Shown in pieces: positions 11,790 to 20,906 of a stretch of 64,000 bases of DNA (the stretch's first letter is position 1; each line of letters starts with the position of its first letter). The notes below the pieces were generated by a model. It made no database searches. It was not told the origin of the DNA and worked only from the letters and a program-made list of their open reading frames with translations. The position numbers and the translations under genes were made by a program. The stretch lies in assembly GCF_057098645.1 (NCBI RefSeq), contig NZ_CM169472.1, one strand, 5' to 3'.

Positions 11790-12467
11790 ATGAAGTGGGA
11801 CTGGATTTTCTTTGATGCCGATGAAACGCTGTTTACCTTTGACTCATTCACCGGCCTGCAGCGGATGTTTCTTGATTACAGCGTCAACTTTACCGCTGAA
11901 GATTTTCAGGACTATCAGGCCGTTAACAAGCCACTGTGGGTGGATTATCAAAACGGCGCGATCACTTCATTACAGCTTCAGCACGGGCGTTTCGAGAGCT
12001 GGGCCGAACGGCTGAAAGTTGAAGCAGGCTTGCTTAACGATGCCTTTATTAATGCGATGGCGGAAATCTGTACGCCGTTGCCGGGCGCGGTTTCTCTGCT
12101 TAACGCCATTCGTGGCAACGCTAAAATCGGCATCATCACCAACGGTTTTAGCGCCTTGCAGCAAGTGCGTCTGGAACGGACGGGCCTGCGTGATTACTTC
12201 GATTTGCTGGTGATTTCCGAAGAAGTTGGCGTTGCCAAACCGAATAAGAAAATTTTCGATTATGCGCTGGAACAGGCGGGCAATCCTGACCGTTCACGCG
12301 TGCTGATGGTTGGCGACACTGCCGAGTCCGATATTCTCGGTGGCATCAACGCCGGGCTTGCGACCTGCTGGCTGAATGCGCACAATCGCGAGCAACCAGA
12401 AGGCATCGCGCCCACCTGGACCGTTTCTTCGTTGCACGAACTGGAGCAGCTCCTGTGTAAACACTGA
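11790..12467 (+). CDS. yjjG: HAD-family pyrimidine 5'-nucleotidase YjjG
   Basis: 225-aa ORF with the HAD motif FFDADETLF near the N-terminus. Confidence 0.9.
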   Translation: MKWDWIFFDADETLFTFDSFTGLQRMFLDYSVNFTAEDFQDYQAVNKPLWVDYQNGAITSLQLQHGRFESWAERLKVEAGLLNDAFINAMAEICTPLPGAVSLLNAIRGNAKIGIITNGFSALQQVRLERTGLRDYFDLLVISEEVGVAKPNKKIFDYALEQAGNPDRSRVLMVGDTAESDILGGINAGLATCWLNAHNREQPEGIAPTWTVSSLHELEQLLCKH

Positions 12468-12557
12468 TTGCCTCCCCCCCGTTGATGGGTAAAATAGCCG
12501 CAATTTTTCGTTTTCAACAAGCGCGGCGCGATGCCGCTTACTCAAGAAGAAAGAATT

Positions 12558-12622
12558 ATGACGTTGTCTCCTTATTTGCAAGAGGTGGCGAAGCGCCGCA
12601 CTTTTGCCATTATTTCTCACCC
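12558..12622 (+). pseudogene. prfC: Native 5' end of prfC ([22 protein letters not shown]...) cut off by prophage integration
   Basis: atgacgttgtctccttatttgcaagaggtggcgaagcgccgcacttttgccattatttctcaccc encodes the canonical PrfC N-terminus, then reading diverges into phage DNA at 12623. Confidence 0.8.
12609..12622. other. attL core (attatttctcaccc), identical 14-bp copy at attR
   Basis: Exact 14-bp identity with 55730..55743; chromosomal sequence on the left, phage sequence on the right. Confidence 0.7.
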
Positions 12623-12786
12623 CAATAATTAAGCCCAAATTAAAGCTCTTTTACTCTTTCAAAGTCCTTTCAGTTAATTGAGTGTTAATCATATAACTCA
12701 TTTAATAACATGATGTTATGTGGTTTCTTTAATTGAAAATTCTTTCATGTAACTTTAAATCGATCAGGTTGCTTTCATCAAAAATC

Positions 12787-12843
12787 TGTACATGTGCTTG
12801 TACATAATGTACAAAACAGCAGAGGTGGTTTTTTATTTGTACA
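12787..12843. promoter_or_regulatory. Cluster of four TGTACA motifs directly upstream of int; candidate integrase arm-type or repressor binding sites
   Basis: TGTACA at 12787, 12799, 12808 and 12838; TTGTACATAAT recurs at the attR side (55656). Confidence 0.4.
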
Positions 12844-12852
12844 AGGTGAGTA

Positions 12853-14091
12853 ATGGCGCTGTCTGATGCGTGGTTGCGTTCAGTCGTTGGAAAGGAACGT
12901 GATAAGGTTTTGGTTAAATCCGATCGTGATGGTCTGTCTGTCAGAGTATCACCGAAAGGTCGCGTAGTGTTCCAATATCGTTATCAATGGGCAGGGAAAG
13001 GTGAGCGCCTTGATATCGGAACTTACCCGGCAACTGGATTAAAAGAGGCCAGAGAAGAAGTTATCCGTCTCCGTGGTGAACTCGAGTCAAACCGCAATCC
13101 ACGATTAGTCAAGCAGGCTGAAAAACGAAAAGCTACTGAAGCTATGACGGTAGAGTCTGTGATCCGTGCCTGGTATGAAGCATATTGTGTAAAAAATAAA
13201 AAAGGTTCTGAACAGATACTCCGCTCGTTTGAGCTGCACCTGTTCTCTAAAATCGGGAATATCCCTCACGATGCAGCTACATTGCATGATTGGTTAGAAG
13301 TCCTGGAGCCTCTTAGCACTAAGACTCCAGCAATAGCAGACCGATTGCTAATTAACGCAAAGCAGGCCCATGTCTGGGCGTATAAGAGAAAGCTCATTGA
13401 AACTCGCCCGCTGTCGGATATCACGGGTAAAGATATGGATATCCGTAAAGGTCAGAAGAAACGGTTTCTGACACATGATGAAATTAAAATCCTTTATGCT
13501 GCGATCGATGGTTCTCGAATGGTTCCCAAATACCGGGCCTTCATTAAACTATTGCTGCATTTCGGCTGTCGTAGTTCAGAGCTGATTACTGCCAGGGTGG
13601 ATGATTTTGATTTCATTAATAAGGTATGGACTGTACCGCCAGAACGACATAAGACAGGTGATATAACAGGCGAACCGCTAAAGCGCCCCATTATTGAACC
13701 GGTTGAAGAGCTTATAAAATACGTTATCTCTATGAACAACGGTTCCGATATGCTTTTTACCAAGGAAGGAAGCAAGGAGCCAGTTGGTCGGACATCATTG
13801 CAGTCGCTGCCTTACAATTTAATGCAGTACGCATGGCGGCGTTTGGGGTATCAATTTCCTCATTGGTCTCTTCATGATTTGAGACGAACAGCACGAACAA
13901 ACTTTTCTGATCTTACTGCGCCTCATATTGCTGAAATAATGCTCGGTCATAAACTGCCAGGGGTATGGCAAGTTTATGATAAGAGCGATTATCTAGAAGA
14001 ACAGCGTAAAGCCTATCAGGCATGGTGGGATAGGGTTGATTCGATTCTTACTTACACTAATTTAGGTTCCAACAGACAGCCTATTGAATAA
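12853..14091 (+). CDS. int: Phage tyrosine integrase (P4-type, N-terminal arm-binding DUF4102-like domain)
   Basis: 412 aa; catalytic signature HDLRRTARTN ... LGHK ... VYDKSDY; adjacent to attL. Confidence 0.9.
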   Translation: MALSDAWLRSVVGKERDKVLVKSDRDGLSVRVSPKGRVVFQYRYQWAGKGERLDIGTYPATGLKEAREEVIRLRGELESNRNPRLVKQAEKRKATEAMTVESVIRAWYEAYCVKNKKGSEQILRSFELHLFSKIGNIPHDAATLHDWLEVLEPLSTKTPAIADRLLINAKQAHVWAYKRKLIETRPLSDITGKDMDIRKGQKKRFLTHDEIKILYAAIDGSRMVPKYRAFIKLLLHFGCRSSELITARVDDFDFINKVWTVPPERHKTGDITGEPLKRPIIEPVEELIKYVISMNNGSDMLFTKEGSKEPVGRTSLQSLPYNLMQYAWRRLGYQFPHWSLHDLRRTARTNFSDLTAPHIAEIMLGHKLPGVWQVYDKSDYLEEQRKAYQAWWDRVDSILTYTNLGSNRQPIE

Positions 14092-14203
14092 TGAATAGAC
14101 ATACAGAGTAAGAAAATAGTAATGATTCTTGGATTATAATTAACTGGTTGCTGATATTTTGATTTGCCGATTTATGAAGAGACGGTCATTATACTTATAA
14201 AAA

Positions 14204-14237
14204 CACCACTCCTTATCCTTACAGAAATAAGGAGTGG
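14204..14237. terminator. Bidirectional hairpin terminator between the convergent int and deaminase genes
   Basis: Perfect 10-bp inverted repeat ccactcctta / taaggagtgg with T/A-rich flanks. Confidence 0.6.
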
Positions 14238-14243
14238 AAACAG

Positions 14244-15851
14244 TTATGGCTGAGACTCTGGTTTAGCAATCTCGTTTATAAATTTCTTAGCTACAACAGT
14301 CTCATACTTTCTATAATCATCAAGATATTGAACATCTATATGATTTTCGTAGCGAGCATTAAATTTATTTGCAGCCCCTGTTTTATCATCTTTACGTTCA
14401 TCCGTTGGTCTGAAAAATTTATGGTAGCGGCGGGGTGATACCCCCTCAAAATCACAAAATATTACTTTGGAAGATTCTTCGTTCTTTGTTATTGCATCAT
14501 TATGCAGATCAAGAGCAAGACTTTTATCAAATGGCTCTATATATACTACTTTTTTTATTCCAGCTGCGACAATATGCCTTGCACAGTTGTGGCAGGGATA
14601 GGTTGTCGTAAAAAGAATTTTATCTTTAGTATCGCCGTTTTGTTTTCTAGCCATTGATGTAATGACGTCCATTTCAGCATGAATTGATCTGGAGTACTCC
14701 ATTACACTTGATATTTTGCTGTCTTTGTAAATGCCTTCTGCAATATTATCTAATTTGTTTAGAAGTCGTGTTATATTAATATCGGCAACAGTTTGTCCTG
14801 CGGAAATACCTAATACAGTTCTTACTTCGGTTGATAATATGCTTTTTATACGGTCTTTAATTTTTAGCTTGTTTGCATCATTATAACACTTACCACTTTT
14901 GTGAACGCATCGATGATCGTTATCAAAATCATCACTGCTATACAACCCGCCACCAGCTTTAGGTACGTCGTTCTTACCCACGGCAAGCAAATTCCCTTCA
15001 TCATCAAACAGTGCAGCCCCTACTTGACGTGATAAACAAGCTGATTGTAATGATGTTGAAAAGGCAGCATACATACCTTTCTCGTTAAAAGTTGGTGTTA
15101 AACCATTTTTGCCATGAATAAGACCGAAAAACCGATCAATCTTCTTCTTTAATTCACTTTTTTGGCTGAAGTTATTTTTAATAAAAAAATCTGAATCAAG
15201 AATGGTTTCCCCGGTTCTTTGTCCATACGGATCAGAGGATTTATTATCAATATTGATAATTAAATGAAGGTCGTTCTTTGTCGATTCGTCATCAATGAGA
15301 TTCTGAATTCGGTAATCTAAATCGCGCAAAACTCCTAACAAATAGAAATTATGCTGATATATAACTCTGAATAACTCTATTTCTTCCGGCCTTTTGAATT
15401 GATCAATGATGAAGACAGTACCTTTATATTCATCATTATTATAATCATTATTATAATCAATATTATTTTTCTCTGCTGCGATTGCTGCAATAGCAGCTTC
15501 TGCAAGCAACTCATTTTTTTTGTAATGTTTACGAAGTTTATTGGCAATATCCTGGAGTTTTAAATGTCTATTAGCTTGTGTGCTTTCGGATACCTTCAGT
15601 GCTGCTGGCTCAAAATATAATGGGTTTTCCATAAGCGCACTTATGCGGATGTGTACAACATTATACCCCCATTCTTTGGATATCTCTTCGATAATTTTGT
15701 TTATCGTTCTCATGCCACATCCAACATATCCACACAATCCAAGATAAATATCTTTTGATTGTCGTGAATTCACAATCTCAAGTGATGATGCCGATGTTGA
15801 GCCTTTTTTTTCATTCAGCTTTTGTGGAGTTTTTTTTGCTGCTTCAGCCAT
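14244..15851 (-). CDS. AvcD-like / dCTP-deaminase-family defense protein: N-terminal degenerate P-loop NTPase (kinase-like) fused to a C-terminal dCMP/cytidine-deaminase (CDA-fold) domain
   Basis: 535 aa; degenerate Walker A LGLCGYVGCGMRT (aa 38-49); deaminase zinc motifs HAEMDVI (aa 391) and PCHNCARH (aa 419-426); AT-rich cargo between int and xis. Confidence 0.7.
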   Translation of the reverse strand: MAEAAKKTPQKLNEKKGSTSASSLEIVNSRQSKDIYLGLCGYVGCGMRTINKIIEEISKEWGYNVVHIRISALMENPLYFEPAALKVSESTQANRHLKLQDIANKLRKHYKKNELLAEAAIAAIAAEKNNIDYNNDYNNDEYKGTVFIIDQFKRPEEIELFRVIYQHNFYLLGVLRDLDYRIQNLIDDESTKNDLHLIINIDNKSSDPYGQRTGETILDSDFFIKNNFSQKSELKKKIDRFFGLIHGKNGLTPTFNEKGMYAAFSTSLQSACLSRQVGAALFDDEGNLLAVGKNDVPKAGGGLYSSDDFDNDHRCVHKSGKCYNDANKLKIKDRIKSILSTEVRTVLGISAGQTVADINITRLLNKLDNIAEGIYKDSKISSVMEYSRSIHAEMDVITSMARKQNGDTKDKILFTTTYPCHNCARHIVAAGIKKVVYIEPFDKSLALDLHNDAITKNEESSKVIFCDFEGVSPRRYHKFFRPTDERKDDKTGAANKFNARYENHIDVQYLDDYRKYETVVAKKFINEIAKPESQP

Positions 15852-15861
15852 TGCTAATTAC

Positions 15862-16047
15862 CTAGTCGAAAACTATATCAGTATTTATTATTTCAAAAAA
15901 TGCATCAAGAATTTCTTTATTTTTCTTTTTACTTTCAAATGAAATGACATTATCTTGATTAAATGTTGTTAATTCAATGCAGATAGAATCAACCTGATCA
16001 TTGGCGGCGATGCTCGATTCTATTTCATTAAATGCTATTACATTCAT
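15862..16047 (-). CDS. Small upstream ORF (61 aa) co-oriented with the deaminase gene; possibly an AvcI-like antitoxin locus (peptide or sRNA)
   Basis: Stops 10 nt before the deaminase start codon; very AT-rich; no recognisable domain; weak RBS. Confidence 0.35.
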   Translation of the reverse strand: MNVIAFNEIESSIAANDQVDSICIELTTFNQDNVISFESKKKNKEILDAFFEIINTDIVFD

Positions 16048-16391
16048 TTATCTTATCCAAACATAATAAAAAACCATATGGCCTTTAGTGTACAACAAAA
16101 CCATACTCTTTCCCCTCATTTTAGAGGGGGAAGTGTGGTCCACATCATGTTTTTTCCCACCCATGAAAATGTTCACCTAGGCTGGTGATGCATTTTATGT
16201 ACATCAACTCTTTGAGTTGAATCATTATTTTAGTATTTTTTCTATCATTGTGTAAATGTCTTCGTTTCAATACATCATGCTTGGGGAGCGGTCCCCGTTT
16301 CCTGATAATTAATGCTTGTGGATAGCAACGTCCGTGCCTGTATCGCTCAGACAGACGCTTACCGTGCCATAGACGTGTCTGTTCACATACG

Positions 16392-16586
16392 TCATTCAAT
16401 AACTCCTGCAAACCTGTAAATCTTGCGTGAAGCCCATTTATTTGGGCATGATTTAATATCAGGATCTGGAAAATCAGGCCTGTACTTCTGGCCAGTTCTC
16501 CGGTTTACGCTGTTCCAGCGAAGAACTGTCGATACTGAAACGCCACAGAAGTCGGCGACTTGTTTAGTTGTCATTAAGTTGTTCAT
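16392..16586 (-). CDS. xis: Excisionase / AlpA-family HTH DNA-binding protein
   Basis: 64 aa; MTTKQVADFCGVSVSTVLRW HTH, then the proline-rich FPDP segment typical of AlpA/Xis. Confidence 0.65.
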   Translation of the reverse strand: MNNLMTTKQVADFCGVSVSTVLRWNSVNRRTGQKYRPDFPDPDIKSCPNKWASRKIYRFAGVIE

Positions 16587-17206
16587 TACTTCACCTCCTG
16601 CGGCGGTTCCGGTAGCGGCATCCAGTGGGTTACTTTCGATGCCGGTTCTTCTCCATTGTCAGTAACTGCCCACCATTTGTTTCTCGAACAATCATAATAC
16701 CCTTCGAAGGTATCGCACTCAGTCCAGCCGTAAGACTTACCCCGACACCAAACATACTGTTTATCGTTCGGCATTCGCTCACTACAGCTTATCCAACCAT
16801 CCGGAGTTACCGGAGAGTTGCCCGACAGCTTGTTCAACTTGTAAGTCTGGCTTACAGGTTTGGCACCATGAAGCATGGTGGCGCGGCAGGCGTTCCAGCC
16901 TTCATCAAAACCGACTATGCCATTATTTAAAGACGGACGAGCATCTGGCACCACCAGTACTGGCTTGGCTATATATAGCGGCTGAACATACCAGCCCTTT
17001 GATAACCAACTGTCAGCAATGTTTTTGCTCCTGGTTATTGCCGGAATACCTAAGCCATTGTCTGAATGCAGCCATGCCACCGGCTCCTCTTCCAGCGATG
17101 CCAGAGCAATTTCATAAGCACGGCGCTCAATATCGTCTCGAACCTCTAGGCTGCTGATTCGTTCTTTGATTTCTTTAATCAGTTCTTTATTGGTAAATGT
17201 GGTCAT
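16586..17206 (-). CDS. Phage DUF551-domain protein
   Basis: 206 aa with a Trp/Cys-rich C-terminus ending ...KVTHWMPLPEPPQEVK, typical of DUF551. Confidence 0.6.
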   Translation of the reverse strand: MTTFTNKELIKEIKERISSLEVRDDIERRAYEIALASLEEEPVAWLHSDNGLGIPAITRSKNIADSWLSKGWYVQPLYIAKPVLVVPDARPSLNNGIVGFDEGWNACRATMLHGAKPVSQTYKLNKLSGNSPVTPDGWISCSERMPNDKQYVWCRGKSYGWTECDTFEGYYDCSRNKWWAVTDNGEEPASKVTHWMPLPEPPQEVK

Positions 17207-17568
17207 TATGCTCCAGCCTCCGGCGCTTTGGGTATTACTGCCCAGTGAGTGATATTGAAGTTTTCAAGGTCCCCGACCTGAAATGTCCACTGCCATTCTC
17301 CGGTTTCTTTTTGTCCCCAGGTGTACCAGAGAGAACGCCAGCCAATCAGCCAGCCTTCTCCGTTAGCATCAAATAACAGAACACTTTCATTTGCTGGTGG
17401 CAGTTCAGCTGACACTGGTATTATTTTGTTTTCCAGTGCCGCACATTTAGCTTCAAGCGCGTCGAATTTACGTACCAGGTACTCAGCATTTGTTTCGTTC
17501 ACTTTCAGATCTCGCGGTACACATTTCCCGCGAAGAAACCCTTCCATTTCGAAAACATTCATGCGCAT
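17206..17568 (-). CDS. Phage early protein, hypothetical (YfdS-like position)
   Basis: 120-aa ORF translationally coupled to its neighbours in the early-left operon. Confidence 0.5.
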   Translation of the reverse strand: MRMNVFEMEGFLRGKCVPRDLKVNETNAEYLVRKFDALEAKCAALENKIIPVSAELPPANESVLLFDANGEGWLIGWRSLWYTWGQKETGEWQWTFQVGDLENFNITHWAVIPKAPEAGA

Positions 17569-18095
17569 TTGCGTAACTCCGATAATTCGTTAAAGCGTTC
17601 CATAAACATCCCGTAGGCATGGCCTGGAGCCAGTGGAATCACGTTGATCATCTCTGTTGCCGGGATACCTTCCAGCACAGGCCAGAAAGAGCCATCATCA
17701 AGCCCGAGATCGCGGCGTTCGGTTGCCAGCATGATGAGATCGGCATATTTCACGGGTGTACTCATAACCGGGGGTAACCCGTATTTCTCACGGATTACGG
17801 CGTCTATTTTTTCTTCCATCCGTTTATAGTCAGGAAGAAGGCGTTTCAGTGGAGCCGGGATGTCCTGGCAATACGCTTCTGTTGCATCATGCATTAACGC
17901 TTCAAAAGCAAATTCCTGCGGTACCAGTTTGCTGCAAAGCACCGCATGTTGGGCGACGCTGTAGAAGTGTGAAAGATGACCGGCAAAGCGACAGATATTT
18001 GAAAGGGAAACTGCGATATCGTTAATCACGATGTCGTCTTTATTTATCCTGTCATAATAAAAATGCTTCCCGGAAAAAGTTTTAATAAATGACAT
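17559..18095 (-). CDS. HD-domain phosphohydrolase (YfdR-like 5'-deoxynucleotidase)
   Basis: Starts MSFIKTFSGKHFYY...; HD motif ...VAQHAVLCS ... MHDATEAY; the ORF-track start at 18122 is an extension. Confidence 0.7.
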   Translation of the reverse strand: MSFIKTFSGKHFYYDRINKDDIVINDIAVSLSNICRFAGHLSHFYSVAQHAVLCSKLVPQEFAFEALMHDATEAYCQDIPAPLKRLLPDYKRMEEKIDAVIREKYGLPPVMSTPVKYADLIMLATERRDLGLDDGSFWPVLEGIPATEMINVIPLAPGHAYGMFMERFNELSELRKCA

Positions 18096-18222
18096 TTTGT
18101 TCTCCACGTATATGCGCTGCACCGCGCTGAATTTTGGTTAAAGAAAACCCTCGCCATCAGGCGATTATTGAGTCAATTATGTTTCCATAAATGCCCCCGC
18201 AGGGGCATTTGCAGTAAGGAAA

Positions 18223-19047
18223 TCAGGCGGTAAAAGTACCAATAAAGGTTTCTACTTTGCTGTCTTTGAGTTTCTCAACAAGCAGATCACGAAATTCGTT
18301 AGCCATTTCTTCCTGCACTGCTTCCAGCTGAATAATGCGCAGAACCAGTACAGGACGATCGCCAGTGATAATGCTGAGGCGTAATTTAAACGGACGTTCT
18401 TGCAGGCCTTCAAACGGAACGCATTTAAATTCAAATGCCACTGGCATAATGTCTTTGGTCTTCGCTTCGACAGATTCCATCAGGGAGCGTTTGCCGCTGA
18501 AGTCATTATCTTCAAAATCAGCGGTCTGGTTTGCTTCAATCGTGATTTTACGGACTGCCGCAGCCGCTTTTGTTGCCTGAATGGCGTCACCATTAGCATC
18601 AAAGCCCACAAGGTAGTCGGCCCAGTCTTCAATCCATTCTGCCAGTGACTTCTGGGAGTTACGCTCGCCGTTAACAGACAACAGGGCAGAGAACGGTGCT
18701 GTCTTTTTCAGTTTGAGAGTGGCGGTGTTATCTGCGTGACCTGGTTCATCAATAGTACCCAGGTTAAGCACACTGACGGCACGCATATTATCAGCATCGA
18801 TAAAGCAGCGGGTGCCTTCATCTGCAAGATCTTTAGAATAACGGGTAAAATCATCGATGCTGGCAGTGGAAAGCGCGCCACGGAAACGGAAGCGATTTAA
18901 ATTAAATTTTTCCAGATCATGAATGCGGAAATTCTCAGGCAATGCCACAGCATCGGCACCAATCTTACTGATAATTTCATTAACACCCTGAGCAGAAATA
19001 AGGGCATGGATTTGATTAATTGCGGTTGCGTCTAAGTTCTGAGACAT
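18223..19047 (-). CDS. YfdQ-like (DUF2303) phage protein
   Basis: 274 aa, [21 protein letters not shown]...; length and sequence match remembered CPS-53 YfdQ. Confidence 0.65.
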   Translation of the reverse strand: MSQNLDATAINQIHALISAQGVNEIISKIGADAVALPENFRIHDLEKFNLNRFRFRGALSTASIDDFTRYSKDLADEGTRCFIDADNMRAVSVLNLGTIDEPGHADNTATLKLKKTAPFSALLSVNGERNSQKSLAEWIEDWADYLVGFDANGDAIQATKAAAAVRKITIEANQTADFEDNDFSGKRSLMESVEAKTKDIMPVAFEFKCVPFEGLQERPFKLRLSIITGDRPVLVLRIIQLEAVQEEMANEFRDLLVEKLKDSKVETFIGTFTA

Positions 19048-19112
19048 AATAAGTCCTCACTATATAAAGATATTCAGTGATGAGATAAATAATCAGTTAA
19101 TTAAGAACGATA

Positions 19113-19475
19113 TTAATGACCTGCTGCGCGTAGTTTTCCGTCAGGTTCACCGGCAAGAGTCAGTAATTGTCCCTGGTCTTCCTGCAGAATAGTCAGGCGA
19201 CCACCGCGATTGACATACATCGGCGTTTCGGTGGTGTCTTCTTCGGAAATTTTCCCGCGGTTAGTCGGGCGAACATATGAGAGTTTGTGTTTGATTTTCA
19301 CACGGTTCTCATCAAATGGTTCGATTTCCAGGTTGAGTGAGACCTTACCTTTGGTTTTCGTGTTCATCACACCGGAAGCGACTTCACTGAGAACTGCGCC
19401 GATTTTGGTTTCAAATACGCCGCCGTCCAGCTCCCCGATAAATGCCTGCACATCAGTACTGCGTTCGCTAGCCAT
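19113..19475 (-). CDS. Phage early protein, hypothetical (YfdP-like position)
   Basis: Likely start MASERSTDVQAFIG... preceded by AGGAG at the right spacing; the track ORF 19113..19706 runs further upstream with no RBS. Confidence 0.5.
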   Translation of the reverse strand: MASERSTDVQAFIGELDGGVFETKIGAVLSEVASGVMNTKTKGKVSLNLEIEPFDENRVKIKHKLSYVRPTNRGKISEEDTTETPMYVNRGGRLTILQEDQGQLLTLAGEPDGKLRAAGH

Positions 19476-20070
19476 TTTGCTGCTCCTCATCATATCGACC
19501 CTGCAAGGTCGGTTGGTTTCTCCACAAAACAGAGAAGAACACCTGCGGTGGCAGCCGCCCGGATGGATTGGGTTATGAGCCCGTCGTCCGGTGATGCTCT
19601 TCTCTGTTTTGTAAAAAGAGCGGTACCAGCCGGAAGCAAGTGTACAAACTGGTACCGCCAAAGCAGTGGCTGTTGTGGTGGGCTTGTCACTCAGGCGTAT
19701 GGTCAACCTGACAATCCGGTGTCCTCAACGGGGAAAGAGTAACCCCGCCATACTTACCGCCGCGCCATTTCGCGGATTACCACAACGCTGAGAGCACTTA
19801 GCCAGTTACAGCACCACACTTTGTCGCGGCTCCATAAATGCCCTCATCGTTGCACCCTGGTCTCTTCCCAGGCGTCAAACCGAATCGCCACGCTGGTTAG
19901 GCGTCTTATCAGCATCATCATTGACTTGCACATTCCGGCTACCTGGTTTGTTTGCCCGAGCAAGGAGTGGATTGTCCCCTTTAACGTCCCCAGACCGCTA
20001 ACGACGCATGTGCCATACGCCGTGTTACAACCAAATTTTGTTTAATCTTGCCTGTGCTGTGTTTCTTTTA

Positions 20071-20100
20071 GATACATTATGTATCCCAAGGGTACATTGT
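20071..20100. promoter_or_regulatory. Candidate OL/pL operator region (palindromes with the GGTACA half-site)
   Basis: Perfect 15-bp palindrome gatacattatgtatc (20071..20085) and gtatcccaagggtacat; the half-site recurs in the cI-cro intergenic region. Confidence 0.4.
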
Positions 20101-20106
20101 CAAGTA

Positions 20107-20129
20107 TAAAAAAACCTGCCGAAGCAGGT
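20107..20129 (-). terminator. Rho-independent terminator downstream of cI
   Basis: Minus-strand hairpin cctgcttcggcagg followed by a U7 tract. Confidence 0.75.
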
Positions 20130-20141
20130 TATAAATATTGA

Positions 20142-20816
20142 TTAGGCCTTTATTATGTATCTTCTTGGTTTTCCTGAGAAAATCACTGTACCAATTATAG
20201 AGCAATTACCGTTGATCTTAATGTAAGGTTCAGGCCAGTTTGGGTTTAATGCTTTGAGGTAACGCTGTGTTCCATCTTCTATCAACCGCTTGAAGGTGGT
20301 TTCGCCTGTATCGTGCATCAATGCAATAACGTCGTCACCGTGGCAGGCAGGGACTTCAGGATCAACAAAAATCATGTCTCCCGGGCGGTACTCATCAATC
20401 ATTGAATCACCAATCACCCGCAAGATATAAGTCATTTCGCCACAGGGTACAGGGCAGGGGTAAGTTTCTGCTGTGCTCAAATCAACCTCAGAATAGCCAA
20501 CTTCTTTCCATGCTCCGGCCTGTACCCATGATATGACAGGGACTAACGTTATTTGTTTGTTAGTGATTGAAACATCAGGTTTTTTTGTGATGTTCGTGGT
20601 CTGGTGTTCTTGATCAAGCCATCCGACAGGCAGGTCGAAACATTTTTCGATGTGCCGCGCCATGCTGTCACCGATATTTTTAGTAGCACCATCTCCCATA
20701 AACCTGCTGGTCTGGGTTGGCTCGCGATCAATCATGGTGGCAAAGGAAGAATTCCCGCCAACACCATCTCTCAGTTTTCTGGCGTTAGACCGCCGGATGT
20801 CATGGACTGTTTTCAT
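20142..20816 (-). CDS. cI: CI-like prophage repressor (HTH plus LexA-like S24 peptidase domain)
   Basis: 224 aa; C-terminal S24 region with GDSM motif (VIGDSMIDEYRPGDMIFVDPE); divergent from a cro-like gene. Confidence 0.85.
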   Translation of the reverse strand: MKTVHDIRRSNARKLRDGVGGNSSFATMIDREPTQTSRFMGDGATKNIGDSMARHIEKCFDLPVGWLDQEHQTTNITKKPDVSITNKQITLVPVISWVQAGAWKEVGYSEVDLSTAETYPCPVPCGEMTYILRVIGDSMIDEYRPGDMIFVDPEVPACHGDDVIALMHDTGETTFKRLIEDGTQRYLKALNPNWPEPYIKINGNCSIIGTVIFSGKPRRYIIKA

Positions 20817-20832
20817 AAAGAAATTAAAACCT

Positions 20833-20851
20833 TTGTACCGATAAGGTACAA
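20833..20851. promoter_or_regulatory. Operator in the cI/cro divergent promoter region (OR-like)
   Basis: Perfect palindrome TTGTACC-gataa-GGTACAA; a second imperfect copy (tgtatacc gga ggtacata) overlaps the cro RBS at 20884..20904. Confidence 0.6.
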
Positions 20852-20906
20852 GTATCTTGAAGGTTCATCTTAATCATGTAATATGTATACCGGAGGTACA
20901 TATTGT

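Noticed and set aside
16145-16411. 88-aa ORF between xis and the small upstream ORF
   Set aside because: Overlaps the xis 3' end, has an Arg/His/Lys-rich composition unlike a folded protein, and lies where the promoter of the deaminase operon is expected.
19113-19706. Extended 197-aa version of the first early-left gene
   Set aside because: A good AGGAG RBS precedes the internal ATG at 19475; the upstream extension runs through the large hairpin and has no RBS.
19476-20106. Possible retron (msr/msd-like inverted repeats) in the early-left leader
   Set aside because: No reverse transcriptase gene is adjacent or anywhere in the prophage; the hairpins are kept as a structured-leader finding instead.
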